Shown here one piece after another: positions 13,209-24,546 of a DNA stretch of 64,000 nt. This DNA comes from Takakia lepidozioides (Eukaryota > Plantae > Bryophyta), in assembly GCA_030704615.1 (NCBI GenBank), contig CM060734.1:17732001-17796000 (forward strand). The letters are read 5' to 3'. The notes under the pieces are model-generated. The model saw nothing but the letters and a program-made list of their open reading frames with translations, was not told where the DNA came from and did no database searches. The translations under genes were made by a program, and so were the position numbers. Numbering within the stretch: position 1 is the first letter of the stretch; each line of letters begins with the position of its first letter.

Positions 13209-13676
13209 ACTCGAGAATCTTATCATTGCACAACATCGTGATACGTTGAGGTATGCTACCATACGTGGTGGGGGCTATCGTCCTGGGGTTCGGAGATTTA
13301 ACCCTGGTGACTATGTTTATCTGCAGCAGACTGCTCCTACGACCTTGGATGTGACTGCAGGACGTACTATTTTGAGGGTTCGAGAGAGGTGTTGCCCTCA
13401 GGAGTCCTGATCTTGGAGGGTCGGGATGGCATGATTTGGAAGGACCATGTGCGTAATTGCGCGCCATGTCACCTTCCAAATGTTGATGGAAGGGTTGACC
13501 CAAACCTGGCAGGGGTACCTGCAAGTTTGAGGTGCATGTTGTGTGGGTCTGCTAGAGGGGCAGCCACCATGCTGGTGTGTGATCAATGCTCTAGAGGTTG
13601 GCATATGGGATGCTTGACTCCACCTCTTGAGATGGTTCCTGATGGGGATTGGTTATGTCCGCATTGCATTGGATAG
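13204..13676 (+). pseudogene. Integrase C-terminus + PHD finger of the DNMT-gypsy
   Basis: LENLIIAQHRDTLRY..FNPGDYVYL; PHD CMLC..MLVCDQCSRGWHMGCLTPPL..VPDGDWLCPHC; PPT-like aggggggcgat at ~13914-13924. Confidence 0.88.
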
Positions 13677-13924
13677 TGGGAGTGGATACAATCATGGAAT
13701 GCTAACAAGAAATGCAAGGCCAAGCCACTACGAGACCAACACACGAGATCCTGACTCAAGTTCACAGATTGCAAGACGGCGACTAACAAAGGGGTTGCTC
13801 TTGTACCCGGCCTCTTGGTCTATAGAGTTTGAGTACAATAGGGACAGTGATAGAGGGCTGTGGCTACTACATCTTGTAGCTATCTGGAGTTAGAGGGACC
13901 TAACCACCAGCTAGGGGGGCGATT

Positions 13925-14453
13925 GTGGCAGACTACTTTATTGTGCATATATGTGTGGTGTGGTTTGGACAGCGATGTAGTTGTGTAGCGATACGTATGC
14001 GCACGACAGCTATCAAGTTAAATAAACACATTGTGAAACTAACTAGAATAAATCTAGTTATTTGTATTTAACACTTGGAATTAGTTCAAGTGTTAAGTCA
14101 GGTGTCAAGTTTAGCTTGATACCTGAACCATCTTATCTTCACGAGCTCGTCAGTCGTGCGGCTCATCTTTCTCGAGTTGAGCCTGCACGACCGAGCTCCC
14201 ACGTTGCTTAGCATCTGAGGGTACTTATGGAGGGAGAGTAGGATGTTTGTGGGGGTGGAGTCCCCATAGCTTGGGGTGCCCCTGGCTTGACTCTTATTTT
14301 AACGAGTGATTGTATTGTATTTCGTGTTTTTGTGTCAAGAGACAGTGTGAGTTTAGTTTTCAATCTATTGTGGCAGACTACTTTATTGTGCATATATGTG
14401 TGGTGTGGTTTGGACAACGATGTAGTTGTGTAGCGATATGTATGCGCACGACA
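13925..14453 (+). repeat. LTR fragments of a third LTR family (TGTCAAG...CACGACA): 3' end / 5' start / 3' end
   Basis: 13925-14008 is repeated at 14369-14453; 14011-14364 is the reverse complement of 17271-17624. Confidence 0.65.
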
Positions 14454-16100
14454 ATGTTCTCTGATATCCCAGACTTGTATATACGTTAGGGGCAGGACAT
14501 CATACGGTTCGTTGGAAACGACGAAGTGGAAGGAGGAAAGGTGGATGGAAACGACGATGTGGAAGAAGGAGGAAATACAGACCAACCTCCAGATTATATG
14601 CCGCAACAGGTCTCCGCAGCCGGGCCTTCAACGTCTGAGGTGGAGGGGGGCGAGGTACGCTCTCCGTTGGAGGAACAGTTGGCCGCACATGAACAACACA
14701 TCAAAGACCTGCAGGACATTGTTCATTTGCAACGGTGGCAAATAGCGAAGTTGCTGGAAAGAATGGGTTTGGGGACTCTCGACAGCGTACGCGGTGTGCT
14801 TTAGGACCCGAGGCCAATCACCAATGAGCAAGACATATTGGCGCGTTTGAATATGCCACCAATGGACATTGACCGCGTCATCGACGAGGTTGACTCAATC
14901 GGGCATGGGAATGAAATGCAAACGTCTGAATTGGACACGGCGAGGGTTGAGGAAGAAAGACTTGCGGCGGAGAGGGCAAGAAAAGGGAGGACCCCATAGT
15001 GGAAACTGGGGAATGTTCAACCGTGCAAATTATATCGGCCCAAGAACAGGAATTAGAGCAGCTTGTGGGGGAACGCGAGCAAGCTAGGGCTATTGCATAT
15101 CGGTACTCAAATGCCATGCAAATCCGATCGTGGCCATGGTTGGAGGGGAATTGGCGGAATTGGGTGACATGGGCGGGCCATCTAGCATCGTAGGAAACAC
15201 GGATAGAAGAAGCGTTGTCCTCCCTCCAACGTGCAGCACGTTTGTCGAATCGAAGTGTAGATACCATCTATGCTAATTTGCAAAGGCACGACACTGTGCG
15301 TGCTATATTCACGTCGAAGTACACTGGATTCATCACATGGGGTGATGTAGATGCCATGTTTGAGCACTGTGTGTATACAATTTCCGATACCAATAACAGC
15401 ATAAACTGGGATTTGGAAGTAGAGGAGGAGTGAGACACCAGGCCGAGGATGTCATCCTACATTGAGGATAAACGGACGTGGATACCACAGAGCAATCCAG
15501 CGTCATGGGTAACAGAGTACGGTGTGCACAATGTGCCTAAACCCTTACGGACCGGAGGGAGACTATATGCTTGGCTCATGTGGCCACTTCTTCCATCCCG
15601 CATCTCTCATATCGGCAGCCATGTGAGCCAGCCAATGCCTTGACTACCGTGGACCAATCCATCGACGTTTCTACGAGTTGTTTGGGTTGCAAGACAATAT
15701 GCCCACAAGATACGAGTACAACTGGTACAACATGCCATTGGATGTATCGCCTTTTTTCGCAATGAACAAAAACCAGATGACAACTGAACGCCTCATTGGC
15801 CCATCGAACGAATTTCGATTGATCTTCTTCCAGAGTTGCGCAGAGACCCCCAGCAGGAGGAGGTGTTGGACAATTTCAAGGCTGTCATCACGAGTGTAGA
15901 AAAGTATTGGCAGAACACATGGCGTGACCAAGTTGCCCCTATTCCAGGGGTGTTCTTGCCACTTCCAAACATATCGGATTTAATTGAAAAATTGCATGCC
16001 GCCGTAGCAAGAGCGACACACCTGGCTTTGGCAAATGTGGAAGAGAGTCAGCACTCACCTAGAACGCTACGCATGATGGCAAGGGTGGACCACACATGCG
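14454..16100 (+). pseudogene. RING-H2 ORF copy 2, C-terminal part
   Basis: Direct repeat of ~3787-5090; CTMC..CGHFFHP at ~15523-15600; many indels and stops. Confidence 0.7.
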
Positions 16101-16106
16101 GTAGTT

Positions 16107-16463
16107 GTGAAGGTGGAAGGGTCTATCACAGCACTGGAACTTGTGGTGCCTGCGGGATGGCAGCCTGGGATGCCTGTTCAGCTGCTGTCAGAGCTACCAC
16201 CAATGCCAGCAGGTTGGAAGATTGGTGATCCCATTCCATTACCCCCGGGTTTGGATATGCTCCCTTTGCCTCCAGGGTGGAAGGCTGGTGATGTTGCTCC
16301 AGTTTTTGCAGGCTTGCGGCCCAAAGCTCCCGCTGCCCCCGCTCCTGCACCAGGAGTCATTCACGTGCCATTTGTCCAGCTTGACCTCAACCCTGAGCTG
16401 GAAGGTGACTTTGGCAGTGACTATGGCAGTGACGAAAGCAATTCAGAAGAAGACGATGAGTGA
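16107..16463 (+). pseudogene. MED4: Fragment resembling the C-terminus of plant Mediator subunit 4
   Basis: VPAGWQPGMPVQL..PAGWKIGDPIPLPP..VIHVPFVQLDLN..SDYGSDESNSEEDDE* matches my recollection of the plant MED4 tail. N-terminus absent; not database-verified. Confidence 0.6.
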
Positions 16464-16657
16464 TTTGCGTTTTTCTACTGCTGCATATCAAATGTTACTC
16501 GAGAAGGCAGGAGCTGAATCCTAGCACCACCCTGCCCATTCTAGCCTGTACATCCTCGTCAGCAGCTATCTTGGCATCTGCCGCTTGCTGCTACCTACGG
16601 CGCTTCTCCGTTATCAAGCCATGGCTTGTTCACAGTCCCGCTCAATCCATTGCTCGA

Positions 16658-16966
16658 TTAATGCGGCTGCTGCTTCTGAGCCTTGTTGACCTGTATTTGT
16701 GAATTGACGAGCATGTCGACAGCAAGACCCTTCACCTCAACATTGCCCTCTGTTTTCTTCAACAATCCAAGCAAGAAAGTAGCATACTTCATAGGCCATC
16801 GTCCCTGTCCATTAGAATGTCGCGACTTCGCTTGAGCTGTGCGACGAACACCACCACAGAAATGGCGGAAATGAATCGCTTGTTTGTAGGCGAGCACATC
16901 TTCCAAGTACCGCTTGGCCTTCGCAAGCTCAAAGTGCTTGATTGCTTGTGCTGCTTCTCTAGTGTT
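16658..16966 (-). pseudogene. RPL17: Internal fragment of 60S ribosomal protein L17 (uL22), uninterrupted
   Basis: [57 protein letters not shown]...[20 protein letters not shown]. Confidence 0.92.
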
Positions 16967-17099
16967 CTAATGCATTGCTGCTGCGGCTGACGAGTTGGCA
17001 GATCACATGAACAAAAATGCCAAAGCCTGCACAATGAAGAAAGTTGAACAAAGTCCGCACTGGAACTCTACTGTTGATGATGCACTTGACATCTTTCTA

Positions 17100-17624
17100 A
17101 CTAAAGATTACCTGAACACAGATAATCACTTCTCTGTCTCCAACCAGCTTGTCGCAAACATGATCTACAAACCACCATAATTTTCTTCTCTCACTTTCAA
17201 AACAAAAACCACAAGTGCTAAAACTAAACTCACCTCTGGCACTCACAGATGCAAGCTCATCTCTCTCGAGTGATTGAAAACTAAACTCACACTGTCTCTT
17301 GACACAAAAACACAAAATGCAATACAATCACTCGTTAAAATAAGAGTCGAGCCAGGGGCACCCCAAGCTATGGGGACTCCACCCCACAACATCCTACTCT
17401 CCCTCCATAAGTACACTTAGTTGTTAAGCAGCGAGGGAGCTCGGTCGTGCAGGCTCAACTCGAGAGAGATGAGCCGCACGACTGACGAGCTCGTGAAGAT
17501 AAGATGGTTCAGGTATCAAGCTTAACTTGACACCTGACTTAACACTTGAACTAATTCCAAGTGTTAAATACAAATAACTAGATTTATTCTAGTTAGTTTC
17601 ACACTGTGTTTATTTAACTTGACA
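17100..17624 (-). repeat. 5' part of the TGTCAAG LTR, inserted in the RING ORF
   Basis: Begins tgtcaagttaaataaacac at 17624 on the minus strand, directly after ...ctatacATGT. Inner boundary is approximate. Confidence 0.6.
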
Positions 17625-18083
17625 ACATGTATAGTCTAGTACGCTGTCTCGCAGTGGCAGTTTGCCAATCCACCGGTCGCAATAAAATCAACTATGTGTA
17701 CAACATGGCCGCAAATAAATACGGGACCTTGTTGTTGACGAGCGGTTGACCCCACAATGTTGTATGTACCTCCTCTGCCCTGTGGCGGAAATGCGGGTTG
17801 GCGCAGGAATGCAAGCTAGCTTGATTTTGTTTGGTTTGTGGATCATGCTTATCTCTGGGCCACAAACGATTTATGTGACACCAGTCCACAAATTTCCTGC
17901 AGTCACCAAGCGACCACCGCTGCCCCAACTTCCAAACTTCCCAACCTGGTTCTGCAAGAATGTTGGGGTCATTGTATATGTCCCAACGAAGTTCGCGCCT
18001 GGCCCTTTTTTTTTTTTTTTGGGAGGTCCAAGTTCATTATCGTCATCCCTGGGATGACCTCCTCTGTCTTCCTCCTCCGCCAT
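17625..18083 (-). pseudogene. RING ORF copy 2, N-terminal part
   Basis: 17625-17911 is the reverse complement of ~3504-3789; ATG at 18083 (MAEEEDRGG..PPKKKKK, NLS-like). Confidence 0.6.
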
Positions 18084-18652
18084 TTATGGCTCTGGCTTAC
18101 CCCTACTCGACAGGTGTTTGCTAAGAAAAATGCTCTCCCAAACCTCATAAATCGTACCTAATCCTACTTCCTAATGAATCCTCCCCAAGTACTAAAGGCA
18201 CGTGGGGGAATGCTTGCACGTGAGCCTGTGAGCCTGTGAGCCTGGCTAGGCTCACGTCACGTCAGCAATCATCCACGTGTGCAGATCCTAATTCCGTGCT
18301 CCCCCCCCCCCCCCCCTAATACCATGGATCACTTGTCGTCTATGTCCCTTTCATCGCCCCCACATGAATATTCTTTCCGACCGAGAACAATGGTAGGTTT
18401 GTGGATGGTTTAGGATCGAGGACATGATTTTTGAATGAGGAGATCGCCCACTAGAGAATTGAATATTAACATCAAACCCTTTTTTTTGCAAAGTAGTTCA
18501 TTCATTCCAACCCACAAACATTTTTCAATGCTGGAATCTGAAGACCTACCCCAAGCAATCCCTAACTGTACTTACGGGAACGCGCGAAGATCTTGAAAAA
18601 CAGTTTGGAAGCAAAACCAAAATACATTTTATTAAGTCTCGGTACTTGAACC

Positions 18653-21600
18653 TCAAGAACTATTTGAGGTTTTAGAGGAACTACTTCCAGAGTCTGCAGC
18701 AATATCATCTATGAACACAGCAGCCCCTCCTTGACGTTTTTTTTCTCCGCGACCCCCCTGGAGAGGTGTATACATTGTTTGTTGGGACAACACCCGTGCG
18801 CAAGCTTCCGCATAAACCGGCAAGCGGTAAGCTCTAAGGGGACTCGGGGACATGTAGTATCCTTGGAAATCGAAAGGTGTATGCGTATTCGATGACGCCT
18901 GCCAAACTCTGGAAAGCAAGAAGAGGAATGGTGGTAGATGTATCATCCAGAAATAGACAATGTAAGCAACCATTTGTCGAACAGGAATGACACAATGAAA
19001 TGCAACATATTTTGCACGACTAGAGCCGATCTTACTCACACTCAAAATCAGAGTCCACGTCGAGATCCTCGTCAGGCGCTTCGGGCTCCTCAAGAAGTCC
19101 CTCCGTGGATGGGGCAGAAGTAGTGCCCGACTCAAGCTAATCAAGCTCGCTTGAGAAGAGCTCCGTATCAGCCTCCATGCCGAAGGAGTGCTTTCCGGCG
19201 CTTTTGCACGCATGAAAAGATGCTCCTGCAAATCGAAGATGAACGAGAAATCAAAACAAGGCTTCCCTAAGCTCACTGCCCACATTTCAAACACAGTGTT
19301 GAGGGCCCCACCTGTTCCCATAGACAAGTCAACCACTCGTCCACTGTGACGGCTGCATGTCTCCACCAAAGTCTGCATGAAAGCTGGGGATTTCTCCCGT
19401 GCACCTCTCCAAGGGATACCAGTCGACCTTTTTGTGGTTTGACCCGATTCCACGTAATTGAAGATTACATCATCCTCCACAGGCTCGCAGGTGGGGTTAA
19501 TGTGAGCTGCAAGGTCCCTCAACTGGAACTCAGCAATACCAGGAGGAAGAGTGTCCTTACGCACCCTCACCAGGCACAAAGCTTCGAACACCCGAGTCTG
19601 TCAATAATCACGAAGAGAGCATGAGGCAAAAGACAAAACCAACTTTTGACATGTACATCAGAACCACGAAACTTTAATTCAAAGGAACCAACTCACTTTC
19701 TGCCCCGGGAACTTGCCCTTCGTAAGAGGCAGAGTGTTGATGCATGTCCAAGTTTTGATGACATGAAACCCGGAAGCTTTCATGTAGCTGAAAAGAGTTC
19801 TCCGTGCCGACATGTCCTTTGACTGCATGAGAAGAAGAGCCCCCGAGTCAGAAAAGAATTTGTTGCTAAATGAGAAGGCCCACTGCCAATAACGAGAATC
19901 TGATTTGTTCCAAGTGGGGGTTGAATTGGAAGGCAACACATCAGGGACAGGGAAACCGTCAGGAATGTCCAGCACACCACAGGTCAGTCGCGTATGCTGC
20001 TGAACTCCATTCACCCAATCCGGCCTTTTTGTGACCTACAGCCAAAAACAGGAGACAGTGTCACAAGCCCAATCTTGATCCAACAGGAAATCAATCCCAT
20101 CGACAAGCCAGAACAAGTTGCCAAAACAAAATTATTCACACAACAGCTAAGACATATGTGCTTACCTGAGTGAGGAACGAAACAAGCATGTCCCATGATT
20201 TCGAGGGCACCCCTTTGAATGTCGACTTCCTGGATTCCATCATTGCCAAAAAACTTTCATTCACCACCTTACGATGGAACTGGCCCAAAACCCTGGATGG
20301 ATGTTCTCTCGCATCGAAAGGCTGCTCCCTCGACTTTGTTGTTCTCCTATCCCTCCTAGTTGGAGAAGGCTGTCTTTCAGCAACCTCTGACGGGCCCTGT
20401 TCCTGCGGAGCTGCACTCTTCCCCTTCCCCTTCGGATCCTCGGCAATCTTCCCCTTCCGTTTTGGAGTAGCAGATTTCTCAGGCGAGCAGAAATGATTAT
20501 GTCGTGAATGTCTTTGTCAGCCAGTGGGGCAAGTGCCGCGGCGTTGTCGTTAAGGTTTCTCAAAACAACTTCATCGAAATGGTGTGTCCTGTTTTGGCAG
20601 ATCGAGGTACCACCCACAGTGTCTGAAGTGCGCCCTGCTCCAGTCTCTAGCAATACCAGCCGTGTACATTGTCTTGTCATTTGGAGGGGTTAGCCCACGA
20701 GTAGATGAAGTCTGGATCATCGCTAAGGTACTTTCCCGGTATGAGGACATGATACATATACCTGAATGACACACACACCCAAAATCCAGACAGTCAATCG
20801 ATCTGATCAGGACACAGATCACACATCACGAGAAGTGTATTGGCATGCAGGTCAGTAACACTGATAAACCAACGTTTGAAAGCCCGATTCAACATTGCGT
20901 TGACGCAATGTTGATTCGAGCTGAAATGGAAAACACCAAATTTGGAGAACTGCACTTTCAACAAGCACGTACGAGAGGGAAAGCCCATTATCCTAAAACA
21001 TTTCATGCACAACATTGGAACCCCAATCAACCTTGCGTTGATGCAAAGAAGATTGGCGGATACACCTATGATAATGTAGCATTGAAAGAGATAGTGCTTG
21101 GCAACGGAATTCAACATTGCTTCAACGCAAGGTTGTTTTCATTAACAGAGGAAATGGAAAACAGTGATTGAAAACCACCATCCGAATATCTGCTGGTATG
21201 GATATTCAACCTTGCGTTGACGCAAGGTTGAATTCCTCTGCTGAAACACCTGTCCAGGGTATTTTTGATAACCTTAACTTTCCTACAATTGTATGGAAAT
21301 CGGGGTATTTTGGCGGGATTAATCTAGCAATCCATACCGTCAAACAACGTTGCGTCAACGCAAGGCTATTTGATGGTATAGTGTAAGCTCTAAACAACAT
21401 TTCAAATAGACTCCAAACCGACTTTAAGTTCATCCTGGCAGCATTGCAACTGGAAACCGCAAAAAAAACAGCCCAAGAACACAGGAAAACCTACACAGCC
21501 AGGCCCTTCATCAACCTTGCGTTGACGCAAGGTTGATTTTCCTGTCAATTTTTGCCCTATTACATGCAGAATAACGACTTCATTGGATACCCCATGTACA

Positions 21601-23500
21601 TGAAAGTGAAACCAAAACAAAAGGGATACAAGCTTGCGTTAACGCAATGTTGCTCGGCTGCATGTCCAGAGCCTTCATAGCTCCCTGAAAACCTCCGAAT
21701 TCGCAGTTCTACATGGAAAAAACGAAACAAGAATACAGAAACATACACTTCAAGTACCAGAATTGTTTCTTGGAGGTCACACCTGTACAACACTCATTTC
21801 ATTGCTTGCTCGCTGTTGTATTGGTTTTTGAATTCGTAGGACCTGGAGATTCATTTTTCTCTCTCAAACTCCCTGAAAAAACAGTTGTTCCAGACAGCAA
21901 GCTTCCATCTCCTGATATAGGCCTCCAGTGTGATCCGGGGGCAAGACATCTAGATTTTGTAGTTTGCCATTGACTCCCCAAGTGCAGCCACCGCTCGTTT
22001 TTTCAACTGCAGCAAGAAAGATCATAAGAATTGTGGAGAGAGCACGAAGCAGCACAAACATTTGAAAATGGTTTTGTGGAAACTTTACCTGGCTCCAGAA
22101 GGTTGCTTTGTGTAGCCACTGGTTAAATGTGTGGTCACTAACAACTTTTATTGCTTGTGTCTTCGAGTCCCTCTCAGGAGATGGGAACATGTTGGTGTCT
22201 CTCACAAGTGGATCGGAATTCCAGATCTCCAACCACCTGATTTTGGTTGCATTGTCCACCATTGAAATGGAGAGGCGATGCAGTTTCTCTTGGGTCATCT
22301 CTGGCTTTGAGCCATACTTATCATAATGTGCTTTCACCTGTTCCAGAAATTCCGTGCCAAGACTTGGATCTGCTATGCGGATTTGTTTGTCGAACGCACT
22401 CATGAGGTTCTTCCTTTGATTGTTCATCTCGAATTTCATTATGTCCTCAAGCCCAGTAGCAGACCTCTGCTCTTCTGTGTGGGAAGCATAGTACTCTGCT
22501 TTCGCCTTCAAACCAGTTTTTGCTATTTCTTGCTACATACATTACAAAGAAAGAATCAAAAACACTGCCGTTTCTTGATAAAATTTGCAGTAACAACAAT
22601 CAGACAGATATCAAGAAGCTTACCGTGTACATGTAGTCTAGAAAAGCCTCCTTTGTCAGGTTGTACCATGTGCTTGTCTTCTTTTCAGCACACCTCTTCA
22701 TCTGCTGAGTACTGAGCACGTTCGTGAAACTTAGTGGCATCAGCCCTATCTTCTGGATACGGAATAGAGTGTGGCAGAGATTTGTCATCACATGGGAGGT
22801 TTCATTGGACCTGGAAAAACCTTCAACTCATAAGATGATTTCTAATTGTGCAAACGTAGATCGGAACGGGAATAACGGGAATAATGTTGGTAACTTACTT
22901 GTTTATGTCGTGCATGGCTGTCAAGAGCTGCGTGACACGTCCTTTGTGGTCGAGTACCATGGAAACCACGCTCCAATGCCATTCGATCTCGTCCGAGTGC
23001 AAGCTTGAAATGTAATCCATCCAGGCAAGTAGTCTATGGTTCCCATCCCAGACAAAAAAGATCTTTCCCATAAATGCTTTTGTGGAGGCCTTTTTGGACA
23101 GCTTGAACTCAAACTCCCTGTTTACATCCCGCCAGCATGCATCCCAACTTTGCTCTATCTCCTCTATTACATGACACTCCTCTCCTTTCGTGTTCACAGT
23201 GGATACTAGAACACAGCAAATCCCTTGACATAACCGTGAACAAAATCGTTATTCAACTTCGTGATGTCGTTCCTCCATGCGGGTCGAAACGCGGGCATGG
23301 AGATCATCCTACATAGTGGGATAACCAGGTTTCCGCGGGAACCTCCATCGACATAATCCCTTCGAGGAGTTCACTTTCTGCCCCCCATAACCTCCTTGGC
23401 CTTGTCTTCATGTGTCCCTCAATGACTCCTCCTCACCATCACCTTCTGCCCCTCGCATTCCCCCCACGGCTTCCTTTTTCTTTTCTGCCCACATCTCCTG
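18653..23500 (-). pseudogene. Multi-exon ParB/Srx-like domain + beta-class N4C/N6A-type DNA methyltransferase gene, homologue A
   Basis: IPLCRM..FRPA..DITKL..F.HGY..FFVWDGNHRLLAW (DGNHR at 23033-23047); VLDIPDG (19955-19975); PWRGAREKSPAFMQTLVETCS..GRVVDLSMGTG then, after an intron, ASFHACKSAGKHSFGMEAD. GT-AG introns; frameshifts present. Confidence 0.8.
20890..21655. repeat. Intronic array of ~7 24-bp palindromes caaccttgcgttgacgcaaggttg
   Basis: Copies at ~20890, 21028, 21111, 21207, 21345, 21512 and 21630. Confidence 0.85.
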
Positions 23501-23527
23501 TGAGTGACAGATTGAGCTCCCATGGAT

Positions 23528-24085
23528 CTACCTTGCATTGACGGGGATGCAGCTTAGTCTGAAATGCATACCGCAACAGTCCATTGAACCAACTAAATGC
23601 TTTGCGTTGACGCAGGGTTCTTTTGGTGGCTTCAGATAATCGACTTTCCCTACTTTGCGTTTCCTGGTGCGAGACTTCAGATGAGAGAGTGGCATCGAAT
23701 CAGCCTCGTCGTCAACACAAGGTTGATTCGAGTGCTGAATCTGCTTCATGTCACCTTCATAAACAAACGCTTTCGAGGTCGACATCAACCTTGCGTTGAC
23801 GCAAGGTTGCTGTGGAGCTCTCAGATTGGTGTTCAACAAACAAAAAAATCACATGGAAAGGCACATTGCAACTTATGGTTTCTTCTTGGCACTGTATGAT
23901 GCACCGGGAGCATTCAACAGTTCCATGGCTGCCAGGCATTTAGGGTTTGTGGGATTGAACAGAAAAGGCACACGAATCAACCTCGTCAACGCAAGGTTGA
24001 TTCGAGTGCAGCATCTGCACTCGTTTCATGCCCAAAATACACATTGTGGAGGTCGACATCAAACTTGCGTTGACGCAAGGTTGAT
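23528..24085. repeat. Upstream array of ~6 copies of the same palindrome
   Basis: Copies at ~23529, 23600, 23701, 23786, 23978 and 24060. Confidence 0.85.
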
Positions 24086-24546
24086 GTGTCGACCTCTCTG
24101 CATGGAACAACAAAAAAAAGGATAAAGCGGGTTGGGTTGGACACGTTTTCTTCTTTGCACTTGATGATGCTCCTGAGGCATTCAAATTTTCCATGGGGTC
24201 TAGAGGCAGCATACTTCCAAGGAGGTCCCGGTGGTGCGAAACAACGGCAGACGTTATGTCTCTGTGTCCATCTCTCCCTCTGCTCTCTCAAGACCTGGTT
24301 CTCCACGCAGTGCTTCCTCCCGAGCCCAGCTGACTTCCTCGTCCTCCCCCCCTTCAATTGGAGGTTGCTCTTCGGCCGCCTCCGGGATCACTTGAAGACC
24401 TTCCTCTCCAAACAGTGGTTGCAGAATCGGGTTTTGGCGTTCGTCCTCATCTCCGCCGGAGGTTTCCTCTCCTTAGCGCGTACCCTTTGCTTGTTTGATG
24501 TGAAGTAAAGTGTTCTTCGACGTTTTCTTCTCCCTCATTTTTCATT

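Larger units (their letters stand above)
7143..13924 (+). mobile_element. Ty3/gypsy retrotransposon encoding a C5 DNA methyltransferase and PHD finger; internal ~5 kb inverted, 3' LTR missing
   Basis: Re-inverting ~8150-13208 gives LTR-gag-DNMT-RT-RNaseH-INT-PHD-PPT. Confidence 0.8.
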
